A stretch of DNA of 63,137 bases, the filler included, from an uncultured bacterium (GTDB lineage: Bacteria > DAOPZR01): assembly GCA_964637655.1 (NCBI GenBank). It is 23 parts of 23 records of this genome, joined end to end, with 100 filler letters (N's around TTAATTAATTAA, not from the genome) between each part and the next. Parts side by side here need not be neighbours in the genome. Positions count along the whole stretch, not along the records: positions 52,756 to 55,283 come from CAZWUZ010000404.1; positions 55,384 to 57,902 come from CAZWUZ010000405.1; positions 58,003 to 60,520 come from CAZWUZ010000406.1; positions 60,621 to 63,137 come from CAZWUZ010000407.1; 19 more parts are not named here. The stretch is one strand, 5' to 3'. A program made the translations under genes and the position numbers. Of the stretch, positions 52,819 through 63,134 are shown in pieces (the stretch's first letter is position 1; each line of letters starts with the position of its first letter). The notes under the pieces were generated by a model that was not told where the DNA came from, ran no database searches, and was given only the letters and a program-made list of their open reading frames with translations.

Positions 52819-54627
52819 TCAGAACTTATCGGCAGAAAGGTCATAGACGGCAACGCTGCCGTCGGCGGCGCCGATAACGCAGCGGTCGCGCATCAGCAGC
52901 ACCTGCGGGTGTGCGAGATGCGGACGCGTCTGCACCGCGCCACACGGCACGCCGTCGGCGCGCCGCCAGCGGTAAAGATTGCCGCACCGGTCCACCGCGC
53001 GCAGTTCCAGGTCGCTGCTGCCGAACGCGCAGGCGGCAACCGGGAAGAGCGTGGCCAGCGTCCCGTAGCGCGGATGCACCGCGTCGTCTACCCAGAGGCG
53101 GAGCGCGCACCCGTCGCCGACCGCGAGACAGCGGTCGTCGTAACTGATCTGCACCACGGTCGGGGCCTCCGGCAGGCCGCTCAGGCGTTCTTTCACGGTC
53201 CCGTCTTTCGCCTCGGCGATGCGGACGCTGCCGTCGCCGCAGCCGACCAGCAGGATCGCGTCACAGCGCGCCCATACCGGCGGGGCGCTGATATCCATCT
53301 GCCGCTGCCAGCGCCAGCGCTGCCCGACGGTGTCATAGACCCCGAGCATGCCGTTGCCGCTGACTGCCAGGTCGCCACTGCGGCTGAACGAAAGCGCGTT
53401 GATGCCGTGCTTGTGCTGCCGCGTCACCGCCTGCCCGGCGGCCGCCCCGGTCAGCGCGTCATAGAAATAGACCGTGGTGAGCCGCGCGACCGCCAGCAGC
53501 GGGACATGCCTGGCGCAGGCCATGGTGTAGCCGCCGCCGCGCGGGAACGTGCCGAGCAGCGCGCCGCTCTGCGCGTCCCACATCTGCAACATGGTGCCGT
53601 CGCTGGCGTACAGCCGCCGGCCGTTCTCGGCATACGCCAGCGCCTGCACCCCTTCGGCCAGCGCCGGTTCAGTGGCATATGCCGGCGTGCCGTCCACCCG
53701 CCGCACTTCCACCCGCCCCTCGCGGTTGCCGGTGGCCAGCAGCATGCCGCCGGGCGCGAAGGCGAGCGCGCTCACCCCCCGGCTGACCACGCGCCAGGTC
53801 GCCGCCTGGCGCCGCTGCGCGAGGTCGCAGACGACAACCGAACCGTCGCGCAGGCCGGCGGCGGCATAGGGCGCGCCGGATGCCACCGCGAGCACGGTCA
53901 CGCGCTCAGTCGCGTTCGTTTCGAACAGCAGCGTGCGCTTCTGCAGGTCCCAGAAACGCAGGCCATTCCGCCCGTCACTCGCCGCGCCGCGCGTGCGCTC
54001 CGCATCCACCGCCATCAGCGCCACCTGCGGCTGCCGCACCGCCCCCCGCCCGTCAAACAGGTTGTTGCCCCATTGGCCATAAAACTCGGATAAATCGGGC
54101 AGCGCGGGGATATCATCCTCCGGCGGCCGCAGCGGGTGCGGATGGCCGTGCATGCTGCCGCGCACCTCGTGCAGCAGCACGCCGTCGGCACAGCGCCAGG
54201 TGCGCACCGTGCCGTCGCCCGCAGTCGCGGTCAGCGTGCTCCCGTCAGGCGCGAAAGCGAGCGCGGTGATGCCGGCCGGACAGTTCCACACCGCGCGCGC
54301 CGGGGTCAAGGCGGGTTGCAGCGTGCCGAATGGCGCGAGATGTTCCGTGCTCAGCCGGTCGCGGTACCGCACCGCTTCCGGGCCCAGGCCGCGCAGCGCC
54401 AGCGCCGCGCAAGTGCCGGCCGGCAGGATGCGCGAAAACATCACCCCGAGTTCATGCCTGATGTTTTTTATACCGGTAATGACCGTACGCACGCTGCGCG
54501 AGACATCGGTACCATCATGGCGATAGACCCGTATGGCAAGCCCCTCGCGATGCCCGCCGGCGTGAATGCGGCACAGCGCCCAGAGTCGCCCATCGATGAT
54601 TTTGCGGTCCAGCACTTCGGCCAGCAT
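52819..54627 (-). CDS. WD40-repeat protein with N-terminal EF-Tu/IF2-like beta-barrel
   Basis: GGGAG RBS. N-domain LAEVLD...RTVITGI...AGTCAALALRGL. Many WD40 repeats (ITALAFAPDGSTL, VSALAFAPGGMLLATG). Confidence 0.82.
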   Translation of the reverse strand: MLAEVLDRKIIDGRLWALCRIHAGGHREGLAIRVYRHDGTDVSRSVRTVITGIKNIRHELGVMFSRILPAGTCAALALRGLGPEAVRYRDRLSTEHLAPFGTLQPALTPARAVWNCPAGITALAFAPDGSTLTATAGDGTVRTWRCADGVLLHEVRGSMHGHPHPLRPPEDDIPALPDLSEFYGQWGNNLFDGRGAVRQPQVALMAVDAERTRGAASDGRNGLRFWDLQKRTLLFETNATERVTVLAVASGAPYAAAGLRDGSVVVCDLAQRRQAATWRVVSRGVSALAFAPGGMLLATGNREGRVEVRRVDGTPAYATEPALAEGVQALAYAENGRRLYASDGTMLQMWDAQSGALLGTFPRGGGYTMACARHVPLLAVARLTTVYFYDALTGAAAGQAVTRQHKHGINALSFSRSGDLAVSGNGMLGVYDTVGQRWRWQRQMDISAPPVWARCDAILLVGCGDGSVRIAEAKDGTVKERLSGLPEAPTVVQISYDDRCLAVGDGCALRLWVDDAVHPRYGTLATLFPVAACAFGSSDLELRAVDRCGNLYRWRRADGVPCGAVQTRPHLAHPQVLLMRDRCVIGAADGSVAVYDLSADKF

Positions 54628-54714
54628 GGCGCACGCTCCCAACAGGTATATACGCCATACCGCGGGCGCGCGTTGCACCGGTATATCAGGTTGTCATTAC
54701 TGTGATTGGGACGG

Positions 54715-55283
54715 TCAGATATAGTCGCCGGCAGTAGTCCGCACGCCCTTGTTGCGCAACAGGTGGAATACCCGCATCTTCTTCACCTGCGCCGGGTTGA
54801 GCGAACCGAGCGGAATATACAGCACCCGCCTGCCCATGCGCTGCGCGAGGCGCTTCCACTTTGCCGCGGGCGGATGCTTCGCGATATAGGCGACGCCCCG
54901 CTGCTCACTATAAACAATGCCGGCCAGCAGCAACCGCTCCGCGCGCGTTTCCGCGATGTTGAACTGCGGTTCCTGCCAGATATCGTACATGCGCTGCGGC
55001 GGGTACGACAGCAGGAAGGCACCGTACTCGAGCCGCGTAATGCCCGGCCCGACGACATTTTCGCCCAGTGCAGTGGCATAGAACGCCATGTCCGATTCCT
55101 GCGTATGTTCGCCCTGCCAGGTCATGGCGAACGGATAGTTGTCGCCTTCGTCCAGTTCAAAGCTGACGACCACCGACCCGAAATCGAGCCCGCCGCTCTC
55201 CTCGGTCTTCACATAGAGCCGCTTTTCGTGGAAGCGGCGCAGGGTTTCGCGCAGGTCGGGCCCGGCCCCGAAATCGGCGATGA
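54715..55283 (-). CDS. Conserved hypothetical protein, C-terminal fragment
   Basis: Coding-like codon usage and motifs TWQGEHTQESDMAFYAT and GPGITRLEYG. Function unknown. Confidence 0.7.
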
Positions 55284-55383
55284 NNNNNNNNNNNNNNNNN
55301 NNNNNNNNNNNNNNNNNNNNNNNNNNNTTAATTAATTAANNNNNNNNNNNNNNNNNNNNNNNNNNNNNNNNNNNNNNNNNNNN

Positions 55384-56666
55384 GGCAGGGGGCTCCTGAC
55401 GGATTCGGAAATCTGCGGGTTGACCGCGGTGATGAGCAGCCCGTTGCCGACCGAGCAGAGCGCAAGCACGAGCATCAGCGAGCGGACCAGTGCTGAACGG
55501 TGTGCCAGCGCCCGGGCGAGTACCAGGGCGAAAAACGGCATCGCTTCCTGCAGGAAGCGCGGATACGTGCAGGCGCCACCCCACCAGAATACGTAACCGG
55601 AATTGAGCAGCAGGAAATACGCGATGACTGCCGGCGCGGCGTAACACTGCTGCCGCATGCCGGGCGGCCCGCCCGCGGTCACCGGGGGCGCGGCGGCGGT
55701 TGCGGGCGCGCAGGCATTCCGGAAGTGCCGGTCGGCGAGCAGGAAGACGGCCAGCAGGGCCGGGGAGAGCAGGAACAGCCCCCGGTAGCCGCCGAAGAGC
55801 AGCGCGAAGACGACCGCCGGCTTCGGCAGGGAGATGCCGAAAAATCCGCCTCCCATCGTGTCCTTGAAGTACGTTTCCGCTTCGTGCGCGTAGCCGACGG
55901 CGAAGCAGGACCCGGTGACCGCGGCATTGTAGAGCATCAGCACCAGCACCAGCGGCGCCGCCCCGGCCGCGAACCACGGGACCAGCCGGACCACAGATCG
56001 CCACTGCGGCGCGAACAGCACGGCAACGAGCAGGAGAATCGCCGGCACGGTGGTGTACTGGGTCAGCAGCGCCGCCCCGGTCAGGACACCCGCCGCCAGG
56101 AACGTGCGGGGTGAGGGAGACCGTCGCGACAACAGGAACAATACCGCGAACACCAGCAGCGCGGCATGAATCTGCCCGTAGAGCATCGTGGCGCAGGGAA
56201 AGAGTCCGGTGCCCAGGGTGAGGGTTGCGGTAGCCAGCACGGCGGCGCGCGGGGGGACCAGCGGCAGCAGGTAGAGCAGCAGCAGCGCGCCGAGCAGCGC
56301 CCCGGGCACGGCGGTGCACAGGACCTGAATGATCCGGAAGAGTGCTCCCTGAATGACGCCGGAAGTGGCGGCCTCGTCGCGGCTGCGGAGAGCGGCGGCT
56401 GCGTGAAATCCGCCGGCATAGAACGGCAGCGCCAGCAGCGCGGTGCCGGGTGGCTTGTCGCTGAAATAGCGCCCGCCGTTCCGTGCCTTGTCGATCGTGT
56501 TCAGGTGGTAGGAATCGATGGAGAGGGTGCCTTCTTCGACGATGGCCCGCACCAGGTTATAGCGTGAATTCTGGTTGGGCCCGGTCCCCGTCTGGAAATA
56601 CCCGTACGTGAAGAGCAGGAGTCCGAACACCGTGAGAGCGAGGCGCTGAGGCGAGGTCATCATCAT
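55384..56666 (-). CDS. GT-C-like polytopic membrane protein, 3' partial
   Basis: NQNSRY...AIVEEGTLSID...YFSDKPPG, RGLFLLSP, WWGGAC.YPRF and many TMs. Confidence 0.75.
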
Positions 56667-56870
56667 CTCCGCAGGACAGTTCCGGCCCCGGATTCCGCGA
56701 CTGCTGCCGCCTTGCCGGCATCACCGTGGTGATTCTATCACCGTCGCGCGCATCCGTCAAAGCCGGCGGTGCGGCCACCGGCGGCAGGTGCCGCCGGGAA
56801 ACCGCTCATTTGTCAACGCAACCCGGCGGTGGTAAAAATCGATTTAACGACCCGGGCGCAGACGGAGACC

Positions 56871-57902
56871 ATGCAGACGACCGGCCCTTTCCCGGCAGCG
56901 GCTTCACCGGCCCGACGGGCGGCATACGCCTGCCTGGCGCTGGGATTGTTCCTCGCCTTTTTCTGGCCCTTGTTCGACGGTAGCCGGACGCTCTTTTTCC
57001 GGGACCATTTCAACCAGTTCCTGGCGGAACGGAAATTTCTCGCCGACAGCTACGGCTGGTGGTGTCCCGGAAACTTCCTGGGCGTTCCCGCCTATGCCGA
57101 CCCGCAATTCGGGTTCTGGTATCCGCCCAGCATTCTGTTCCGCCTGCTGCCGTTTCCGCTGTCGTACAACGTGCATATCCTGCTGCATTTTCTCCTCATC
57201 GGCTGGTTCGCCCTGCTCTTCGCCCGCCGCCACTTCACCCCCGCCCCGGCGCTGTTCTTTGCCGTCGGCGCCACCGGGTGCGGACTGACCCTCTCGATTT
57301 CGGAGTTTGCGTCGTATTTCGGAAGCTATGCCTGGCTCTACCCGCTGCTGTACCTGCTTGACACCTCCCGTGCGCCGGGACAGCATGCGCGGCTGCTCTG
57401 GCTGCCCCTGGTGCTGTGCTGTTCCCTGACCGCGGGTGGCACGCTTTTCTCCGCCGCCAATCTCGCGCTCGCCATCGGGGCATTGTGCTGGTTCACCGCC
57501 CGGGGAAGTCTCTCCCGGCCGCGCCTGCTGCTGCTCCTCGGCCTGACGCTGATCGTCTGCTATCTTCCCGCGTACTACTTCATGGAACTCTATCTCCGGT
57601 CTTCGCTGCGCCACGGGTACGAGGTCCAGGGGAACATGGAATTCCTCTGGTCGCGGCTGCCCGACCTGTTCCTGGCCGGCCGCGCCACCTGGGAACGGTA
57701 CCTTGCCCAGCCGCACACGCTCTACCCGGTGGTCTACTGCGGCGCCTTTACCGGTCTGCTGCTGTTCGCCGGCCTGCGCCGGGCGTGGCCGGCCGGGTGG
57801 CGCGTGTACATGGCCCCGGCGCGGCGCGCGTTGCGCGGCTGGCCGGAGCTGGAGGCCCGTTTTGGCGGGCGCGCCGGCCTCTTCTATCTGCTGACGGGTC
57901 TG
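56871..57902 (+). CDS. YfhO-like GT-C membrane protein, 3' partial
   Basis: LFFRD...WCPGNFLGVPAYADPQ...YPP and multiple TMs. Confidence 0.75.
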
Positions 57903-58002
57903 NNNNNNNNNNNNNNNNNNNNNNNNNNNNNNNNNNNNNNNNNNNNTTAATTAATTAANNNNNNNNNNNNNNNNNNNNNNNNNNNNNNNNNNNNNNNNNN
58001 NN

Positions 58003-58149
58003 CGTGCTCTTCCCCGAGCCGTTGTAGCCGATGACCCCGATCTTCGCCCCGTAGAAGAAGGAGAGGGAGATGTCCTTGAGAATCTGCTTGTTGGGCGGGA
58101 CGACCTTGCCCGCGCGGTGCAGGGAGAAAATGACCTGATGGTCGCTCAT
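58003..58149 (-). CDS. ettA: ABC-F translational throttle EttA, N-terminal fragment
   Basis: KVVPPNKQILKDISLSFFYGAKIGVIGYNGSGKST. Confidence 0.9.
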
Positions 58150-58240
58150 GATGCTATCCTTACCGGAGAATTGCCGCAGCGCGGCAGGCGGCAGAATACC
58201 ACATGCGGCGACGGGGAGCAAGGCCCACCGCGGCGGAGGT

Positions 58241-59896
58241 TCAGACGGACGGGGAAAAGTGCCAGAGGCGGCGCAGCAGGAGCAGGCAGAGCGCGAGCAG
58301 CGCCAGCCAGGGGAGAAAGGCGGCAGCCAGCGCGCCGGGCGCGGCGAAAACGCGGGCCCCGCCGCTGGTATAGGCAAGGTAGACGGGCCACAGGTCGGGC
58401 TTGTTCAGCCAGAAGTGGTATTCGAGCGGCAGGTACGCTGTGGGCTCGGCAGGCACATAGTTGTGTTGCCGGGGGAGGTCGAGGAACAGCGCCCGGCAGG
58501 CGAGGGCGAACATCGTGCCGGTCTGGGTGAAGGCGGCCGGGGCGAGCGGCTGCGGGCGGATCTCCTGCACGAGTTCGCGCTGCTGCTCAGGCATTTGATA
58601 CCAGTTGGCATAATCCCAGGCACTGCCCGGCAGATTGACCAGCAGGCCGAGCAGCCCGATACCGATGATGGCGGGGCGCGACAGCATGCGGAGCGCCTGC
58701 GGCAGCATGACGGCAGCGAGCAGCACGACGGGGAGGGCGAGGCGGTTGGCATAGCCGACTTCACCCTCCCATCCTGTCCAGGCGCTGATGAGCAGCAGGT
58801 AGGCAAACGCACCGAGCAGCGCGCAGGTTTCAAGACGGGAGACGGTGCGCGCACGCAGGCGACGGATGATGACCGGCACGACCAGCAGCAGGAACGGGTT
58901 GTAGACAAAAATGCTGCGCAGCGGGGAGAACAGATGCCCGGCCAGTCCGAGGCTGACGGGAAATGAAAAATTCTGCGGGACGCCGGTGGCAAGCAGCGGC
59001 TGGTAACCGTGCATGGTGCCGAACCGGGCAACATTGCCGGTGACCACCACGGCGGTGGTGGCAGCAAGCGCCAGCAGGGCGAGAACGCGGTGTTTCCGTT
59101 CAGGGGCGGCGCCGGCAAGAAACAGACAGGCAACGAGGCTGGCGGGTTTGGCGAGAATGGCGAGCGCCAGCGTGAGCGCCGCAAGCCGCGGACGTGCGGC
59201 GGCATATGCCGTCAGGGTGCCGGCCAGTGCGGCAGTGAGATACACCTCGTCCTTGATGGTGTCGCTCCAGACGAGCAGCGACGAGCAGGCGCAGACGAGC
59301 AGCGCCATGGCGAGCGCGCGGCGCGGGGAAAGCCCGGCCCGCAGGGCATAGTGGTGGAGACACGCGGCGGTGAGGCCGAAGAGCAGCGCCGGCAGCAGAA
59401 AGAGCGGGAGCCAGAGGCAGCCGGCCACCAGCAGGAGGAGGGTGAGCAGGCTGCCGGCGGCAACCGCCGCCATGCGGCGCAGCCGCGGCGGAGAATGGCG
59501 TTCCGCCCGGGGCAGATGCGTCACGCGCTGCGGCTGGTGGTAGCAGAACCAGAAGAGTCCGGTGACGATGGCGGGAATGAGCAGGCAGGCGAACAGCAGG
59601 GATGATTCGCGCGCGAGGCTGACCAGCAGGGAGGGAATGGGAACCAGCCAGCGCAGGGTGGCGGCAGTACCCAGCAGCGGCAGCAGGCCGTAGTGGTAGG
59701 GGCGCAGGTGAAGGTCGGGGAGTGGTGGTGCGGCGAGCAGCAGGTCATTGACGGCTGCAACGGAGTGATCCGGCCAGGCGAGTGAGCGCGCGGCGGCAAG
59801 CGTGATCTCTTCGTCGGTGATGTGCGTGTGCCCGGCAGTGAAGAGGATGGCGCAGAGAAAAAAAGCTGACCAGGTGGTGAAAAAAGCGCGGATCAT
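58241..59896 (-). CDS. GT-C-like polytopic membrane protein
   Basis: First-loop acidic motif TDE, GLAGHLFSPLRSIFVYNP, W.G..GYANR and many TMs. Confidence 0.7.
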   Translation of the reverse strand: MIRAFFTTWSAFFLCAILFTAGHTHITDEEITLAAARSLAWPDHSVAAVNDLLLAAPPLPDLHLRPYHYGLLPLLGTAATLRWLVPIPSLLVSLARESSLLFACLLIPAIVTGLFWFCYHQPQRVTHLPRAERHSPPRLRRMAAVAAGSLLTLLLLVAGCLWLPLFLLPALLFGLTAACLHHYALRAGLSPRRALAMALLVCACSSLLVWSDTIKDEVYLTAALAGTLTAYAAARPRLAALTLALAILAKPASLVACLFLAGAAPERKHRVLALLALAATTAVVVTGNVARFGTMHGYQPLLATGVPQNFSFPVSLGLAGHLFSPLRSIFVYNPFLLLVVPVIIRRLRARTVSRLETCALLGAFAYLLLISAWTGWEGEVGYANRLALPVVLLAAVMLPQALRMLSRPAIIGIGLLGLLVNLPGSAWDYANWYQMPEQQRELVQEIRPQPLAPAAFTQTGTMFALACRALFLDLPRQHNYVPAEPTAYLPLEYHFWLNKPDLWPVYLAYTSGGARVFAAPGALAAAFLPWLALLALCLLLLRRLWHFSPSV

Positions 59897-60520
59897 TCTC
59901 TATCCGGCCACAGGTACAGGGTATCGCCGGAAGTGGTGGTGGCGGCGCCGGCGAGGGCGCGGTACGCGCCCGGGGGGAGCTCCTGCAGGTGCTGCACGTA
60001 GCGGTGGATGCCGGTCGCGGTCAGGTCGGTGCGGGCAAGGTGGCGCAGGTACGCGGTGCTGTAGCGGTGGGTGGCGAGTGCTTTCTCCCGGAATGACGGG
60101 CGTGACCCATACTGCGCCAGTTCGTACCAGCCGTCGGCATAGAGCGGTTCGAGCAGCACGGCGCGGCGCAACGCGGCGATACTGCCGGCCAGGTCGCCGG
60201 TCTGCCGCCGGATCGTGGCCAGCCGGCGCCAGTGTGTTGCCTCGTATGGGTCGCAGGTGAGTGACCGCTCCAGGGCTGCAAGTGCGCGCCACGGCTCGCC
60301 GGCGAGCAGCCAGACCCGCCCGTACTGGGCAAGGTAGATCGGGTTGCGCGGCTCACAGGCAAGGGCAATGGCGAATTCGCGGGCGCATTCGCCGAAGAGC
60401 AGCGCCGCGGTTTCCGGCGGCGCGGTTTTGGCCTGCTGCAGGAACACGCCGCCGCGGTGCATGTGGAACAGTCCGGCCAGTGGCGACCAGGTGACGGCAG
60501 CAGTGTAGTGGTGCAGTGCG
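59893..60520 (-). CDS. TPR-containing C-terminal fragment, 5' partial
   Basis: TPR-like helices and an ATGA overlap with the GT-C gene. Confidence 0.7.
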
Positions 60521-60658
60521 NNNNNNNNNNNNNNNNNNNNNNNNNNNNNNNNNNNNNNNNNNNNTTAATTAATTAANNNNNNNNNNNNNNNNNNNNNNNN
60601 NNNNNNNNNNNNNNNNNNNNAAAACGCCGTTACGATGCCTTATACGCCACTGACAGAA

Positions 60659-60688
60659 AAGTTAGTCAATTTGTCAACACCCGTCCCC
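60659..60688. repeat. Copy of the 30-bp ACACCCGTCCCC-ending repeat
   Basis: Identical to 31800-31829. Confidence 0.85.
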
Positions 60689-60694
60689 ATCAAA

Positions 60695-61885
60695 TCAGGC
60701 GAAGCGGAAGCGGACCATCGAGAAGTCGTCCTCGAAGTCGGGGCGTTCGCTGAAGACGCGCGCGTATTCCGCCAGTTCGCCGATGGGATCGCCGTCACTG
60801 CCGTAGCGGGCGGCAAGTTCCTTCGCGAAATCGTCGTACTCGAGCATGCTGCCGTCCGCTTTCGCCACCTCGTACACCCCGTCGCTGAACAGGTAGAGTT
60901 CGCTCCCCGGCGGGACAGTGGCCTGCGCCTCGGTGAACGGGGCGTCGGGCATGCCGCCGACGATAAAGCCCGGCGAATTGAGCTGTGTGCGCTCGCCTGT
61001 CGCGGTCACCAGTTCCGCCGGCGGATGCCCGCCGTTGGCGAACCTGATGGTGCGGGTGCGCGTGTCGAAGATGGCATACCACATGGTGAAGTAGAGGTCG
61101 TTGTGTTCGTCCATGGGGAAGGTGCGGTTGAGGAACGCGAGCATCTCCGCCGGCTTCTCGACCAGGTCGGTCTGCGCCTGCGCGCGCAGCACGTTGATGG
61201 CGGAGATCGACAGCAGCGCCGCGCCCACCCCGTGCCCGCAGACATCGAGCAGCGTGAGAATAAAGCGGTGTTCGTCGAGCCATGCGTAGTAGAACGAATC
61301 GCCCCCGAGCGCAATCGAGGGGATGAACGTCCACTCGGTACGGATGCTGCCGGTCGTCAGCGGCGCGGGCAGCAGACGCTTGACGTACTCCGCCGCTTCC
61401 GCCAGTTCACCCGCCAGCTGCTTCTGGCTCGCCTGCAGGGCATCATACGCCTCGTTGCGCTGCAGCAGGTTGATATAGCCGCGCGAGTGGTAGCGGATGC
61501 GCGCGAGCACCTCGAGCGGGTCGGGCAGTTTCACCATGTAGTCGTTGGCCCCGAGCGCGAACGCCTCCGCCTTGGTCTCCCCCTCCTCTTTTGACGACAG
61601 GACGATGAGCGGCACATCTTTCGTCGTCGCGCGGGCGCGGAAGAATTTCACCAGCGTCATGCCGTCGACCTCGGGCATCACCAGGTCCTGCAGGATGACC
61701 GTCGGCTTGAACTCCTCAGCCGCCGGGATGGCCTGCCCCGGGTCCTGGCAGAAGCGGAACTCGATATCGGCGTGCGGGGCGAGCATGCGGCGCACCGCCT
61801 CCCCCACCATGGCTGAGTCGTCGACCAGCAGGACGCGGATGCGGTGCTCGGTCAGTTGCGTATGCAGCAGTGCGGCAGTGCTCAT
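60695..61885 (-). CDS. Response regulator: WspR-type receiver fused to a SpoIIE/PP2C phosphatase
   Basis: VLLVDD, PTVILQDLVMP, GANDYMVKLPD, ARIRYHSR. PP2C motifs GGDSF, DVCGHGVGAA, NGGHPP, FSDGVYE and EDDFS. Confidence 0.9.
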   Translation of the reverse strand: MSTAALLHTQLTEHRIRVLLVDDSAMVGEAVRRMLAPHADIEFRFCQDPGQAIPAAEEFKPTVILQDLVMPEVDGMTLVKFFRARATTKDVPLIVLSSKEEGETKAEAFALGANDYMVKLPDPLEVLARIRYHSRGYINLLQRNEAYDALQASQKQLAGELAEAAEYVKRLLPAPLTTGSIRTEWTFIPSIALGGDSFYYAWLDEHRFILTLLDVCGHGVGAALLSISAINVLRAQAQTDLVEKPAEMLAFLNRTFPMDEHNDLYFTMWYAIFDTRTRTIRFANGGHPPAELVTATGERTQLNSPGFIVGGMPDAPFTEAQATVPPGSELYLFSDGVYEVAKADGSMLEYDDFAKELAARYGSDGDPIGELAEYARVFSERPDFEDDFSMVRFRFA

Positions 61886-62922
61886 GGATGTTCTCCCCGG
61901 GCTTCAGCCCATTCAGTCATGGTGAGGGCGATGCGGGCAGGTGGCAGCACCTGTTCCGCCCCGCCATTGTCGCGCGCAGCCTTCGGCATCCCGTAGACGA
62001 CGCTGCTCGCCTCGTCCTGCGCCACGGTCGTCCACCCCGCCTGCCGCAGCGCGAGCATGCCGGCAGCACCGTCGCGCCCGATACCGGTAAGCAGGACCGC
62101 CAGCCCGGGCGCGGGCCAGTGGCGGGCGGCAGACATGAAAAGTTCGTCCACCGACGGGCGATACGGCACGCTGCGCGGCTCGGCCGCATAGGTGAGTGTG
62201 CGGTCCGCCTGCAGCACCAGATGGTCATTCTCCCCGCTGATCAGCACCGTCCCGGCGGCCGGGCGTTCACCGGGCTGCACCAGCCGCACCGGCAATTTCG
62301 CCTGCTCCGCCAGCCACCCGGCCATGCCGCCGGCGAATTCGCGATCGATATGCTGCGCGATGACCACCGCGCCGCGGTAGCCGGCCGGCAGCGCGGCCAG
62401 CAGCGTGGCGAGCACGCGCGGACCGCCGGTGGACGCCCCGATAAGCACGAGCGGCGGGAGCGGTGCTGCCTGTCGCGACGCTGCTGCCGGCGCGGCTGCC
62501 GGTGACGTGTGCACCGGTGCCATCACCGCGGGCGCCGCCATTGCGCCCAGTCGCGCAATTTTCGCCAGCAGCAGGTCGCCACCGCCCAGTGTACCGTCGC
62601 TGCCCAGTGCCGGCGTACATACGGCATCGAGCGCCCCGTGGCCCAGCGCGGCAAAGACCAGCGCGATATTCTGTTCCACAGACGCGGTCACGACCAGGAT
62701 GGGGCAGGGCGTCGCCCGCATGATTGCCTTCGTCGACTCGGCCCCGTTCATCACCGGCATGATCAGGTCCATGAGGATGAGGTCAGGCACGTCAGCGGCA
62801 CAGCGGCGCACCGCTTCCTGCCCGTCGAGCGCCGTCCACGCCACTTCATGCCCCGCACCGGCGACGATGCGGCGCAGCACTTCCGTCGCCATGCGCATGT
62901 CATTGACGATGGCGATTCTCAT
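61882..62922 (-). CDS. cheB: Chemotaxis methylesterase CheB of the WspF type
   Basis: MRIAIVND receiver, GASTGGP, QHID, YRPSVD, LTGIGRDGA and QDEASSVVYGMPKAA. Confidence 0.93.
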   Translation of the reverse strand: MRIAIVNDMRMATEVLRRIVAGAGHEVAWTALDGQEAVRRCAADVPDLILMDLIMPVMNGAESTKAIMRATPCPILVVTASVEQNIALVFAALGHGALDAVCTPALGSDGTLGGGDLLLAKIARLGAMAAPAVMAPVHTSPAAAPAAASRQAAPLPPLVLIGASTGGPRVLATLLAALPAGYRGAVVIAQHIDREFAGGMAGWLAEQAKLPVRLVQPGERPAAGTVLISGENDHLVLQADRTLTYAAEPRSVPYRPSVDELFMSAARHWPAPGLAVLLTGIGRDGAAGMLALRQAGWTTVAQDEASSVVYGMPKAARDNGGAEQVLPPARIALTMTEWAEARGEHP

Positions 62923-62930
62923 GCGGATAC

Positions 62931-62999
62931 CTGCGCCGGCTGAAGTCGGCGGCTACCACGGCGGTAGATCTGCGCAGGCTGAAGCCTGCGGCTACCACG
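62931..62999. repeat. Two direct copies of a 30-bp GTAG-type REP
   Basis: CTGCGCCGGCTGAAGTCGGCGGCTACCACG and CTGCGCAGGCTGAAGCCTGCGGCTACCACG, 39-nt period, each a hairpin followed by GGCTAC. Confidence 0.75.
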
Positions 63000-63050
63000 A
63001 CAATGCACACCCTGGATTCCCGATGGCACAAAGCGGGGCACCCATTCAAC

Positions 63051-63134
63051 CACCCTCACCCTTCCCTCTCCCGCCACAGGCGGGAGAGGGGGGGTGGCTT
63101 CCCCCTCGACGGGGGGGGCGGTTGGAGGAGGGTG
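63051..63134. repeat. CCCTCTCCC/GGGAGAGGG-type palindromic REP-like element
   Basis: CACCCTC...CCCTCTCCCGCC-ACA-GGCGGGAGAGGG...GAGGGTG. Confidence 0.65.

Noticed and set aside
62931-62999. 30-bp palindromic direct repeat as a CRISPR array
   Set aside because: Only two copies, a 9-nt spacer and no cas genes. It fits a REP better.
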